Below, piece by piece: positions 35,001 to 49,739 of a stretch of DNA of 58,732 nt. The translations under genes were made by a program, and so were the position numbers. Source of the stretch: Catajapyx aquilonaris (Eukaryota); contig JYFJ02002349.1 in NCBI GenBank assembly GCA_000934665.2, positions 1-58,732 on the forward strand, written 5' to 3'. The notes below the pieces were generated by a model, which was not told the origin of the DNA, ran no database searches, and worked only from the letters and a program-made list of their open reading frames with translations. Positions within the stretch are counted from its first letter, which is position 1. Each line of letters starts with the position of its first letter.

Positions 35001-38000
35001 TACGCCAGTACGTGATCAGACCCACGTCACGTATTATCCAGCACGTAAGGAGGACCATGTGATGCAGCATCCCAATCCGTACACGGATGTGCCCGTCTAA
35101 AGATATCCATCTCTCTGGGAGTCCATATTGACCCGATTGACCATCGATACAGCACGGAATGCAATAGGATGATGGATGGAAAGCGATTCGACCAAGAACA
35201 CGGTCACCTCTCGCGTGTCCAATAATAAATAACAATGAATGATGATGATGATGATGAGGGAAATAGGAAGTAAGATGGAGGCCGAGATGGAAGCCCAAGA
35301 GAAAAAAAGTAGATCCCTTTCTCCTTATTCTGTAATGCACTGAATGCCATTAAGAATGAAGCCCTTCCGAGGAAGCTGCGATGCGAATAAGAAGTGCAAG
35401 GCCAACCTTGAACTCTACAGTCTGGCCCACAAAAAAAAAAGGGGGGGGGGGGGGTTTGAAGGGGGACGAATTGGGCGAAATGCTCCAGCAAATTGGTCCT
35501 TGATAGGAATCACGAAGAGGAGAGAGAGAGTGTGTGAATATATCCGCATCGTGGCCCGGTAGATGTCAAAGGTCAGGTGGGTTCAAGACCATTTTTGCGA
35601 TCTGGCCCATATTCCCACTGACCTATTGTTGCGGAGATTCTTCCCGAAGACACATCCTACTGGTCAAAATGTGTGTGTGGTTTGCTTAGCTTACAGTGTG
35701 TGTGAGGTGGGAGGTGGGTGGGAGGCCATTCGCCAAGGCCTCCCCAATTCCGTTAAGCCCTGCTGGGCTCTGGGTTTCTGTGGCAAGGAAGGTCATTGCC
35801 TCGGGTACAGGTATGGGGAAAGGCCGTGCCACTTGCGCCCATCCAACAAGCAGCATCCTTACAACATTTCTGTACATCCAATCGGGTGTTTATCACCTGC
35901 TGTTTGGCTTCTGATGTTATTATATGGAGCTGCATGAGCGATTTTGTAGGCAGTGGACACAGGACTTGTTTATTTCGCAAAAGTGGCACGTCGATGTTAC
36001 GTACAACCAGGATTCTTTGTTTTTTTCGGGGTGTTGTTTACAACATTGCTGTCGATTTTGGTCGTGCGATGATGCGGAGGATTGCGTCGATGAAATGCGT
36101 CAACGTCAAATATTCGGGTAGAATTTCTGATAGCTGCATATCGCGAAAATTCTCGAGCCATGCAATCTCAGACGGTTGTAATACCAGGCAAGGCAGGAAT
36201 TTCAGGTCCTTCCCGACAAATTATATATATAATAAAGTCACAAATCCCAGTTACATCGAGTCTACTTAAATGCAAATTTCCAACTATAAAAAGGCACAGT
36301 TCAAATTATTATTGGACTGTTCTGAATATATGACAACATGTGAATCACATAAAATATTGCATATATTATATGAAATGAAATCAGAGGGCATTCTTATACA
36401 TTAATGACTCGAGTGGATTAACAGTTAAAAGACTACCGCTTACATTATTCAGATTCCGAGTGTGCTTGTCACATAATGTGCCTTTACATAACTATGTTTC
36501 TCACGTTCTTTCGACTCACGGATCCAGGTACCGTATAATACGGTTGGATCCGACTGCAAGTGGATGCCATTAACAGGCAAATTAGGCCTGGAAAAAAAAT
36601 AGACAATTATTTTTTTTGAATGCGGGTTGCACTATGGTGGGAAGTCGGTCCCGTTTTAGGACGCTTAGGCTAATTGAATCGGGTTAAAATGAAAGGGGGA
36701 CACAAGACTTTTTTTGTGTGTGGACTTTGTGGTTAACTGCATTAACCCTTTCGGTATGGCCTGATGTACCAATTCCCACAGGTGTCTGTCGTGCGTGTTA
36801 TATTATTATAGGGAGTAAATGTCACCGTCAATGGGCCGTGCACATGAGAACGTTGATAGCTGTCCTCTAAGTGTACCCAAGTGACAAGCGGAAACTGCAC
36901 AATTATTTTCTATGGACTAATTCAAAGGAATTCGTCTGTAACCTACTATAGCATCGCTTTGTTATGAATTTTCTTTAAATTATTGAGCAGCAGGTAGCAG
37001 GTTTATTCTACATAATGATGCTATTTAAAAATTACACCTTATTACTACATACAGGCTCATTACATAAATTACGTCAAATGTTATCAGAAGGATCAAAAAT
37101 TGCGCAATGTCCGTCAGTTCAAGTAATTGACGTTTTTTAAAAATATTTGCTTACTTGTTGTTGTTTTTTCAAATAAAAAATTAATATTTGTGTGCCATGT
37201 AACAATGTGACTATTTTGCCTGGATTTTTAAAAATTAAAAAGCCCACATATCTTATACGTTTTTATTTTCAACATGTCAATTATCATTGGAATAGAACTT
37301 TGAATACTGCATAAGTAGTTCGCACATTTAATTAGTTTCAGTCTAAATTAGTTCAGTTGCCAGCTGGTAAAGACCACATTTCTGTGGACAAATATTCAAC
37401 ACCGCAAAAATTAGCGGCGCATAGTGTTAGAACCAATCCGCTAAACATTACGTCAAACTTTCTCTGCTACTGCTGCTGCCTTGGCTATTGTGTGCAAAAG
37501 TCGTAATGCATTCCTAACGGCTTTAGGGACGTAACAACATTCAAAGCAGAGTTCCATATCAGATGGACTACGATGATGACACTTTCCGAGTCGTCTTCAC
37601 TCGGGTGAGCAAAAAAAAAGTGGTGGTTGGAGGGAAAAAAACATGTTTTTTTGGCCAGTAATTTACACAAAAGATAAAGCGGAAACGTGGTGAGAACCGT
37701 CCTTTTTTTGGTGAAGAGTCCGACGCGCGTGCGGGCCTCAGATTGTAACTGGATCAGAAGCGCACAGACTGTAACCAGAACCAGAACCCGTAAAGAAACA
37801 GGCCACTAAAAACCCCGAAAATGTCAGGGATATTGAAATGCAATAGAATCCGCTTTATTATTACAGCAAACACACACAATTTTTCCCGCAAATTTCATGC
37901 CAATCATTCGGATATAGTATGTCAACAATGCGACTTGCACACATTAATTAAATTGCACATTATTTTTATGACTCTTTTGTGCTCTATTTGTTTGCACTGA

Positions 38001-41000
38001 CATGTGCCTCCTGTTTTTGTTGTTTTCTCCTCCTTTTTTCCCCATTGTTATGACAGGCATACCGAGCCGGCTCTGAATATGTAGGGAAGCCTTTGCATGC
38101 CTGTCAGTGACTAACAAGTGCGTTAAAAATATTTTTATTGCCTCCGACTTTTCCCTTCAGAAGTATACATATTCAGGAAGTGGCGTCTCGAGGACATATA
38201 GAGGTGCAATGACATTCGCAATTGAAAATAATGTAAGTTTTTTTTTTTTGCGAAATAGCCTTGATTAATGCTTCGGCCTGTGTACAATTTTTTTTCTGGA
38301 GATGTTGCACGTGAGAAATCTGTTGTACTGTACGTGTGTGTGTGTGTGTGCCACAGACCATTATCGCCTGAGCTACGTAACATTCCGTTTGGCCGACTTT
38401 CGTGCACATGTCGGTCTGTTGTTGAGATGGAACCCGCCAAAAAGCCTTCCATATAATATATTGAAGACGTCCAGTCCTGTTTTTCTGGTCGGGTTGAATC
38501 CTTCCTTCTTTTTTTTATTATTATGATTCAATAGCCGTGCATATGCAATCGGTCAGCGACTGCATCACTCTCTTGGTAGCAAAACCTGCTGTGCGATGGG
38601 TATACAGCAGGGTATATGTAATGGTGTGCTGAGGTGAAAGTGTATGTGTGTTGGAACATAAGGAGCCAGCGGGACAAGAAGAGAGTTGTTGGGAGGCAGA
38701 CCTTTCCAGATCGTGAAAATGGTCTGGGGGAGCCAGTCCGGAAGAAGCACACAAAACAGCCTTTCTTTCCCCCCCTCCATTCAATTTTCTCCCACCTTCC
38801 AAAACATTCACCTTGTTCATGTAAGAGACTACGCCGAGAGCATGGAAATAATTCCGGGGAGACTCCAGAGTTATATGTTACTTTCGCTCGCCAGCTGCTT
38901 GCTTGTGGCCTCCTTTATAATTTGCTTGGACTGCAATCCTTCATTTTAATAATATTCAACAAGTTATACGCGACTCTTCTCGCCGTTACAAAATTGGCAA
39001 AAAAAATCATCCAATTAATTTTTTAAATCCAAAACTTTAGTCTGATCCATAGCTTTCACTTTTGGTCACTTGCAGCATCTATTTGCACTAGAGAATGCTT
39101 CGCTATTTAAAAATTGTAGGATTGAAGTCAAGGCCCGTGGTATTGCAATAAAAAAATTATAATAATAAAAAGTGGGTGGGTGGGGGGCGGAGGGAGCTGA
39201 GGGTCTAATTTTGCGGAACGAAAATTGTTCAAGGTAAGGACACATTATTATTATTATTATACGGGTAGGGTGATTTGTTAAAAAAAATTCTGGAGGGTGT
39301 CAAACACACAACAAGAAGGGGTCGGACCGCAATTCGTTTGTTGTCCGCGTGAAAGCCGAACCGATGCCAATTGTTACGGTCGACGTCACAACGACCAGTG
39401 CCCTACGACACCGTGACTCTTAAACTGTCGTACATAATAAAAGGTGCTATTCACGCTTAATTTGTTGTCAACAATGCTGCTATTGTTGTCCTTCAGGGTC
39501 GTCCCAGGGCCAGTACGGATCGCAACACTTCGGGAGGTACTTTGGTACGTTCATCGGTCGGTTCAACAATAGGCATCACAACGTGACAGGTGACATCTAC
39601 GTGGTGGACTCCAGGACAGTGCACATCCGTGATTTCTCCTACGATGGAGCTGGACCAGGTAAGGGTGACACTTACAATTATTTTAATGAGCGGAAGTGGG
39701 CAGGGTCAAATTCTGCTGACCGTGACCCCGCCATAGCTCTTTTTTTATTTTAATTGGAAGTGTGACCGAGCTTTCTTCTCTTCAGATGCTTTCTTCTGGG
39801 GAAGCGCGACGAGGCAGCCAAACAGCGAAGGATTCATTATTCCGGATGAAAGAGGAACGTGAGTGACCAGCTGCCATTTAGTGACACAACAATGCACCAC
39901 CCCAAAAAATACGTTCATTATTATTATTTTGTTTTTGCAGGAAGGAGGTGCTCGGGCCGTATCGAAACAGGGACATTACCCTCACTCTGCCAGAAGGCAA
40001 GACCTTAAGAGATTTGGGGTCCTTATCTGTCTGGTGCAGAGCATACAAGGTGCGATGAAATTTTTTATAAGAGCTCACGAATTCCAGGATGTCAACAGAA
40101 CATGCTGATGCGCTCTTTTGGCTAATTTGACAGGAAACTGATTGATTGATTGATTGGTTCCAGGTGAACTTTGGAGAGCTACCACTGCCGGACCAGTTCG
40201 ACTACCCTGCACCTCAGAGGCTTGAATCGCTTCTTGGGGAACATGGAGTGTCCTCGGGTGAAATAGTGGTGGTGGACGCTCAGACCTTTCTAATACCCGA
40301 CTTTTCGTACGACGGCAAAGCTCCAGGTAAGTTGTGAAAAGGAGAAAAGCAAAGGAAAAAAACTTTCGAGATTGTCGGGGAGTAATTTACATGCGAAAAT
40401 GGGGACAAAAAGGAAAAAAAGGGAACATCATTTGCATGATAACGAGTAAGTTCATTCATAGACTCGCCAATATTTGCACGAATTTTCAGTACAAAAAATT
40501 TCATATCCGATTTTCTGGCTGTTTTCAGATGCTCATTTCTGGGTGGGCAAAGGCAAGCCTGGTCCGGATGGAATCCGCGTTCCGGACGAATCCGGAAGCG
40601 ACGCTCCTCTGAAGCGTTACAACCGCAAGACCATGGTCCTGACCTTGCCCGGTGACCTGACCGTGTTTGACATCGACCACATCGGAGTCTGGTGCAGGCT
40701 CTACTTTGTAGACTTTGGACACGTCCGGATTCCTAGAGGACTCAACGTCCCTCCGTCCCTCAGGATGTTGGGGGTCGCACCTCAGGTGAGTTCGCAAATT
40801 TTTTTTTGCGCTAAATTTTTCGCACGGTCTGGCCTTGCTTTTCCTACCTGGGAGCGAGAAGACATGCACATATTTATAACAATAACGAATGTAGTAGTTT
40901 TATTACCGTACGTGCGCACCGTTCTGCTGGGCGGTAATTTGCAGGGCTTCTTATTTGCATATACTGTACATATCGGGTGGAGGACTGCCTTGGTGCAAGT

Positions 41001-44000
41001 GACCTGTGCTTCTTTTTTTTTGCATGTGGGCAAATTTTTTTTTGGCGAGGTGAAGAGGCAGGAAATTGCGATGTAATTGCGGGGGGTTCAAGTACGGGTG
41101 TGTATATGTTGTGAGGACTATCAGATACGACGAGTCGTCAGAGCGACACTGGTGTTAATAATCCTGCATTTCCTGCGTCATAAAAAATGTACATGAAACC
41201 TAATTTCTTATGTACATGAGCCACAATCTTAACTAACACACTGCTGGCTTTGGCGGGCACAAAACCTTTTTTTTTTTTGCAAATCTCTTCAATGGCTGGC
41301 TACACCCATTTTCAAACAAGAAAAATCCCTGTCACATACCCCAATTTTTTTTATCTTTATTTTGCAGAGGTCACACAATGGTGGAGCCATAAACTATCAG
41401 ACCACACGACACGAACCTAACCCACCACAACAATTCAACAACAATAATCAAGTGTACAACCCTTACGCAGACCAGAACCAGGTGTACTTTAACCAGAACC
41501 AAAACCAGTTCAACGACCAGTTTGCTAGCGTCAACAACGCTATTTTTCCTCCCCCGACCACGTACAGACCCCACATCCAGTTCCAGCAAAACCACCACCA
41601 AATCCAGCAGCATCCAGTGTTCCAAGTCCAGCCTGTCCAGCAAGTCCAACCAACCCAACATTTTGCATTCCAGCAACACCACCACCAGCAACCCTTCCAT
41701 TTCCAGCAACCACACCAGAACCAGTTCCACCACCAGCACCAGGCTTCGGCCAGACACGACGTGGTCATCCCCCACCACCACCATAACCACCATAATAATT
41801 ACAATAATAATTTTAACAACAATCAGCATGACTCAGACAGACGGTTTTACCAGCCGCTGGAGACACTCCAGGGCTCTTCTTCCAGCGCTGTGGGTTACAG
41901 GCCATCACGCCTGGAGTCAGCTTTTCACGAAGGGCAAGGAGTTCCGCAAGGAAGCACAGGGTTTAGCAGCTTCTCCTTTAGACTCGGGGACTCCGCACAC
42001 AACACTTACACCACGTTCCATTAGAAAGAAGAAGAAAAAAAAAGACAGAAGGATTTCACAGGCACATGAAAAGACTCAGTTTGCAAAGAAAAGCTTAGGA
42101 CTTAACTAATCAACCATCTCCAGCTATAGAAGAAAAAACTTGCTCGAGTGCTGATGGGGGGGGGGGGGNGGGTTGTCCGAAACATTTCTTTGGCAGAAAG
42201 TAATGAATGTGGCGAGTCATGTTTTCGTGTAGTACACTCCACGAGAAGCTCAGATTTGTAACGTTCCGAAAAAGCTGATCGAAAATCTCGGCACATAGAT
42301 TTTGACAAGTCATGATTCGTTCTACTTTCAATAGGCGGGAACTTTGATGCAAGAGATGCGCCGTTACCTGCAGCGAAGTACATTGTACGGTGACTTTTTT
42401 TTCTGAACAATTAAACTTGCGCAACAGTAACTCGTAACAGTCTGAAATTCTTTGAATAAAACACGTGTCTGACCTTAGACTGGATGCGGTAGTTAAATTA
42501 AAAATTTAATGGCTGTGCCTGTGATTTGACATTTTTGAAGCCTGTTTTTTTTTAAATTACGACCAAACGCATAATATTTGCAACAGTTTGACAAAAAAAC
42601 AGCGATGCAAGCAAGAGAAGAATGCTTATTTTCCAAAGACAATAAATTGTACCAAAAAAAGTGCATGGCTGGATATACGACTCCCTACACTGCAAATATC
42701 TGTACATTATTTTCCTCCAATAAAACCTGACCAAAAAAATTTATCCCTGTGTTGTAAAGACTCACCATGTTGCATATAATTGTTGTACTGTATGTGCATA
42801 TGTGTATAATAATAAACACACCACACTCTCTACTCCGGCCTGCGTATATACAAACGTATATAAAAGTACACTGTAATGTATCAGTAGTTGTAGCACCAGT
42901 AGTGTTATGGGTCACTATGTAGATACATATGTAGTTGCTTGGGAATTGTATTTTCAGGCGTTGTCTGCATTTTTGGATTCGTCATTCTGGCATGTGATTT
43001 TTGTTTAGATGAAGACTTGCAATTCGGAATGATCAGTCACAAAAATTACTGTATGAAGCTTCCACAATTTTTTAAGTATTTTTAACGAGCACATTAGAGG
43101 CTACCAATTACGCAATTACGAGTGACTTGAATAGTTCGGAATTTAATGTCTTCAAATAATGTAAATATGTGTATAGTGTTTGCAGACGGAAAGGTAAGAG
43201 ACCGATACACATTGCATCATTGAAAAAAAAGAAATGTCTAGCCTTTCGACAGTGTTTTCTTCTCCTATGCCCCGAGAGGAGAGAAAGGAGGAAAAAGTGT
43301 CAAGAAGTTGTGAGGAGGCAGCATCACAGACGGACAAACACACACACACACATGGAGAGGACTCCAAGTCCACATCTCTCCTTTTCTTTTCGTCCTATAT
43401 TTCCATCGCCATTTACATCACCCTACATATGTCGGTCGCCTGCTGTAAAAATAACTCCTCGAACAATTCCACTCCTTTGCCTTATATTTGGGCGTCACAT
43501 TTATACGCAAAAAAAAGCCATCCGCAAGAATTTGCTCTCCAGATTCTAACAATGTGCAATCTGACCACAGGAATGGAAAGCAACATGTCTCGCACACATT
43601 AAAGATTGAAAAAAAAAACCATTCATCAAACTTTGTTTCGGGCGTTAGGTGGACAGAATAACTTCATTTTGAAACCGAGTGTAATGGCACTTGAGAAGCG
43701 CCCGCATACATTACTTTGTGGAAGTGAAAGTGGTCTTGCCCTTTTTCGACCATTTTTTGTGTGTAGATGTTGTCTTCATATCAACCCCCACCCTTTGATG
43801 CTGCACTGTCATCCTCCTTTTTTTATTTAATGCTTTTTTTCTGATCGCTCATTGGACAAAGACTTGTAACGTTCACGCCGATTGTGTGTGTGTGTGTCCC
43901 AACCTCCAACTTGTAATTGATGAATGTATCAATGTCTTTCTGGGTGAGGCAGGTCGTTTAGGTTCAAGCCCACACTTCCTATTTATTGCCCCCCTTTTAT

Positions 44001-47000
44001 TTTCTTGATGGATGAGAGAGATAGCCGAGGTTACGGAGAAGGTTATGCTGCCCATTGTGTGTTTTTTTTTAAAGTAGTTGCATAACTAAAGAGTCACCGA
44101 GACGGGATGTTAATTAGGGAGGACTATACTGGGCGTTTAGAGTTTAGCAAATGAGCCTTTCAAGTTTAGTTGCGACATGTGGTCGAAATGACCTGGCTGC
44201 TTTGATTAATTTAAATGAAACAGTCTGATTCACTGCTGCCAACAATTTTCGAATAATTGATAACAATTTAGCAAATTTGGGGAGCACCGAATTAACTCAG
44301 TAAAATGCGCTGTTGCTTAATTTTTTGGTTAGAAATCAATACGTCAATTAATTTTTTATGCAATTGCCGATTAATGTCGGGAAAGGAGAGAAATTACTGA
44401 TTGTTTTTCTCAGAAGCCTGTTTAAATAAAACTGAAAGCAACACATTCACTTGTGATTGTTGCATAAACTGGTTTTCTTGGGTTTAACAATCCGTAATTT
44501 CTCCACCTTTTTTCCATTCTTAAAAGTTTTTGGACTCGTGCACCATTCTGTGTACAAAGTAAAAGGTGTCACTTTCTTTTTACCCCACCTATTTTGTGCA
44601 GAATTTGTTTAATAATTATTCCGAGTGCACCTGCCCAAGAGTTCTAATGTTTAGTCGATGATGTCATCCGTTCAAGCAGTCTGTTGAACCGTTGCTGAGT
44701 GAAACCTGCTCCTGGGGCAGTTCCCATAAACCCCCTGCCGTACATCAACCACACCCAAGGGCAAAGCTCACTATTAACTAACAATTTATCCCACCAACTG
44801 TGTGTGAGACCAACAAGAACAACAAAAAAAGGGCGCACTTGTTCAAGCCTCCCGAGCACGCGTGCGGTAATTAAAGAGCAAAAGCACTTTCACTAGTACA
44901 ACGGCTTTCCATCAACATCTTCTTCAAACCCCTCCGGAGCCTGATTATTGCAGCAGTTTGATCCAGGCCACCAAAAAAATATACTTATATGAAAAAATGT
45001 TGCAGAAGACGATATGAGGATAGGAGGGGGGAAGGCCCAATTTTTTAATAAATTACGGCATCGGCGCCACTTTCACTCTCAATGCTGGCAATTTACAATA
45101 TAAAAAAGAAATCTCATCCAATGGACCTTAGGCAACAAGGACCACACCTGCGAATTGGCTTTTGAAGGACCTCCCGCTGAGGCTTGAAGGAGACAAGGCG
45201 GTCTGCTGATTGCCTGCTAAAAGCTATTCAAGTGCTGATCATTTACTCTCCGTTTGTTTTGTTTTTTATTAAATGTATAAAGGGGGTTGATAGAAATCGG
45301 TTTTCCATTCATGAGGGCGCTTGTCGAAATGGGCGTTTTTGTCAATGAATGGGACGTGAAATACTGGTTTTTGTCCATGGGAGAAGAAGCACGAGACTGG
45401 TTTTGTGTGATGCAATGTGGATTCAAAGGACTATAAGGGTGGAGAGAATTTATAAAGTGGCTCTCTCAATAGCTCATGCCCACAAGCCGCTAAGTACCAC
45501 GAAATAAAAAAATTGGGCGTAGGCGAATAAGCTACACAATTGATGTGGTATCTGTTCTATAGCAGTTCCTGAATAGATTTTAGTCTTAGGATTACATAAC
45601 AGTTCTGATGGATTGGGAACACCAATCTGACATATGAGAACGCACAGTAGGTAATGGATAACCCAAACTGATATTTGCTGAAGAAAGAAACTGTGGCACA
45701 AAATGTTTGCCCGCAATCTTCACAAATATATTAAGCAAATGATTCGAATCCTGGTAATGTGATAATTTCAGTCGAAGCTGAACTGCGAGGTACTGTGGGA
45801 CTCCTTGGCCTTCGAAGTCCGCTGGGCCGTCGCAGGTGAAACAATCGTGATGCAACTGGTAGGAAAGATAGGTAACTGTTCGCCTTCCTACTTTTTGTGT
45901 GTGTAATGAGCGCGTGTTACACGCCTGAACTGCTGGATATCCGTCACGCTGAAGCAGCAGATTTACAGCTTGTCTCTTTCACCATCCGGTTATCCAGAGC
46001 CGAACGATTACATGTCGTTCGGTATGTCCGGAGAGGAAGCCAGGAGTGTAATGATCGGCGCTGATGTTGCAGTGACCTGGATTGACCAGGTCACAGGAAA
46101 GGGTTATGCAGACGACTACTTCCTAGACTCAAAGGCCCAGTGCTCCGGAGGAAGGGGAAGCTGCCCGGATAACAGGTTCAAGGTAAACAATATGTCCGCA
46201 ATGGACAAGTTTGATTCTTGTTGACTCGAGTGTAATCCTTTTGTCAATTTCAGTCGAGTTCAAACAGCGTCCGTCTGCTGAACGCAGCTCAGGTCAACGG
46301 GTTCACAATGGTGACATACCAGAGGCCGCTGATAGCCGGAGACGAACTGGATCTGCCCATTTATACAAATCGGAGCCAATCTGTGGTTTGGGCAGTAGGA
46401 CCAGTCAATTCCAGAGGAGAAGTGTCGTACCACACGCTGCGAACGAGAGGTACACTTTGTTTGTTGTTGAATTCTTGTTCTTTTGGTACCCCAAAATAAG
46501 AGCACCACTTTTAATCGAGTGTAAATGACCCCTTATGTATTACGTATATGGAAGATATACCTCCCGATGCCAGCACACTTTCGTTCGTTTAGCGGCAGCA
46601 TCAATTTTATGGGTGATTCATGAACCTGTTGGATGAGTGTTATGCCTGGCATCACTTTCCCCCTCATCTAGGCCTCGATGCTGGAAGTGTGTTGCTCAAG
46701 AGTCAAAATGTCACGCACGTGATAAAATATCTGTGCGATATCCAGGTCGAGACACATCTCACTACCTGTTGAGACCAAATTGCGTTAACTCCGCCTCTGA
46801 AATTGCTGCTCTGGCTTGCTCCAGTTAGTAATTTTGGCGAAATTCTGGAGTAAAAGTCTGTCTGTACTACAAGTAAACTGTAGGCTGCATTTTCCGCAAG
46901 TTAGTCTATCGGTAGATGCAATTGTTCCGCGTAATGCATCGGTGCAGTGCTTTCTCCGGTAGTTACGTGCATTTTTATAGATTTTTTTTTGCTATGCAGA

Positions 47001-49708
47001 TGACTTGTTTTTGGATTTTGGACGAGCACCTCGTTGGAACTGCCCAGCTCCTGAGCAGCCCAGACCACTTTCTCAGAATCGACATTCACCACAGCCCAGA
47101 CCAGTGGCGCGACCGACTACTCCTGCGTCCACGACCCACCAGGTCGCAGCGTCGCAGCAGACGCCTCAAGCCAACATACAACCTCCTCTTAGGTAAAGTA
47201 AATAAATAATGGGTATGTTCCGTATGTTGACCTGAAACGATTTCAGAATCCGTGCCAGACCAACGACGACACCTGCTCCAACCGACGTCGTTCCAGCGTC
47301 GCCTCCACATCGCTTCCAGTCGACGCCAGCTCCAGCGACGCCCGACACCACCCGTCCTCCCCAGCGACGCAGACGTCCGAGACCACCAAATGGACGCCGG
47401 ACGTCCACTCAGTCTCCAGCATCGACGCCTCGACCAGCTCCGTCCAGACAAGTCGCAGTCACCACAGCCGCTCCAGCCGAACTCATAACCAATTCAAAAG
47501 CCTGGCACATACCTCCAATACCATGCTACGAGCCTGAAGACGGCGTCTTTTACGCCCAGATGGGACCAACCGGAGGAAAGAACGGGTACCAGGCAATCAC
47601 AGGGAATGTTGGTTGGGGCATAACGTGGTATATCAACGGACTTCTGGTTCCGGAGATTACGGTGGTCAGAGGTCGTACTTACCTGTTTGTGGTCGAAGGA
47701 GGAAGCGACCCTGAGAACCCGGCTCGATTCCATCCTTTCTATATAACCGACGATAGAGAAGGAGGGTACCAGTACAAGACCAGGACCGAGAGACAGGTAC
47801 GTGCTGGACAAACATGGCTTTATCATTGTATCATTGTACGTATTTCTTCAGAGGGTGCGAGTGTTTGCCGGAGTTGGTTTGGACGCAAGAGGTGAGCCGT
47901 TCCCGACCGGTACAGGCCGGTTCTGCCATTGGACCGACACGTCCGACCAGCCTGATGAGTCGTACCGGTCGTTCAGCGCGTACCAGAGACAACTGTCGCT
48001 CAAGTGCGACGAAGGACAGCCTGGGATTGTCCAATGGACGCCGGACCACAACACGCCGGACCTTGTCTACTATCAGGTAACCACATTGTCTACATACAGG
48101 GTGCTCCATAACTGCGTTGTGTTCGGTTGCAGTGCTACACTCACCGGTACCTCGGATGGAAGATACACGTCGTGGACTCGTGCAATACTAGGAGGGATCC
48201 GGACACTGCGGCCAGCGAAGTACAGCTTGTCACTGTCAAATCGCAACGAATTGACGATGCACAAGGTACGGCCCTTACTAAGGAATATCCTGCTGGTTAT
48301 ACCACCAACCAACTCTCTTGTCAGATCCCTTGTCCTTTGGCGACGAGGACAGCGGAAGCGACGAGTACGACGTGACGGCGGACGGTGCAGCGGCGCAGGC
48401 CAGCGTCCCTTACGTACAGAAGGTGTCCTCTCCGGTTGTACACGAAAAGATAATTTCAGAGGAAAAAGACCTTGGACGATTACAGATTCGAATGAAGACG
48501 CCTTCAGAAGAATCGGTGACGAATGACGGTCCGACTGACGAAGATTTCGAGGTAGGGTAAGTTGGGATTTTTCCGTCGAACGGACGGAAGTACTTGGGGC
48601 CAGACTACCAGCGGTGGTGGACAATAATTATTAACCCACTTGCAGTTCTGTCCTCTATGTGCCCAAAAACGTAACACTGTAACTATTCTTGTTATGTAGG
48701 AAGGGTGGCTGGTCACTAATGACGCAACGTCCCGTGAAAGTTGAATCCTTTGAGGAAATTGCACTATAGTGATTGGAGGTGAAGAAGTAGAGACGTAAAG
48801 TTTATTTGGAAGGAATAAGCAGAAATAAATTTTGAGTGATTTGAGTTATCCTGGCTTCTTGAACTGTTCTGTCAACCACTGCATTATTTTTGTGTAAGTG
48901 TCGTTCTTCAGTTACTTTATTTCGTCTTCTGAATCACTCAAAATAACGTTCATTTAAGAGCCATTCGTGTGGATGACACGTATGGAATGTTGTTTGCGTC
49001 CCGATTAACTTAGTGGTAATTCCTCTTAGCTTGTCTTTCACGGGGCTGGCCGATGACTACTTGTTGGCAGATGTTAAACCCACTTTTCGGTTTTCCACAC
49101 AGAAAGAGCTGTTCCAGTTGCCCGGGAGCCTAGAAGACTCGTTGCGTCCCGGCGAGGACGCAGCGTTCGGACTCAAGACAAAGACACGAGCTCGACTGAA
49201 CCGTACCGTTTCGTCGACCACCTTCTCCCAGGAGAGTCCTTCCGACGACCCTCCCTTACCACTACCGACCACCACTTCGATCCCAGACTTTCTTTTCGGA
49301 CAGACCACAACTTCCACGTACAGAAACAAGCCGAGGCCTACAGCCAAAGTGGAGCGGCTTCCAGGAAGACCCAATGTTTACGTCCAGAAGCTGAGCGCAT
49401 CGGCTGGTGCGTTCCCGAGGCTCAGGCTGACCAAGACTGTGGCCCAGGGGGTACCAGCAGAAGCGATGGACTTCAAGGAAGGAGCCGCCCCCATCTGGAG
49501 GCTGCCGGTTTCCCCGACGCCGACGACCAAGGCGCCGGCCACCAACGCATCCAAATTCCCCCCGTTTTACATCCCGAAGAAGTTTGATAAGCCTCCACCA
49601 ATCGCGTTTCAGCCCAAACCGCAACCGATGCTCGACATCTCCAAAGGTGTGATGGGCCAGCAAAATGCGCCACCTTCCGCCAAACTGCCGGGTCTGCTGG
49701 TTCAAAGC

Positions 49709-49739
<31 letters not shown>

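Noticed and set aside
41371..42109. Overlapping Trp/Cys-rich, Val/Leu-rich and Thr/Ser-rich ORFs
   Set aside because: These are alternative-frame and antisense shadows of the CAG/AAC/CAC-rich exon. Only the Q/N/H frame has a phase-matched acceptor.
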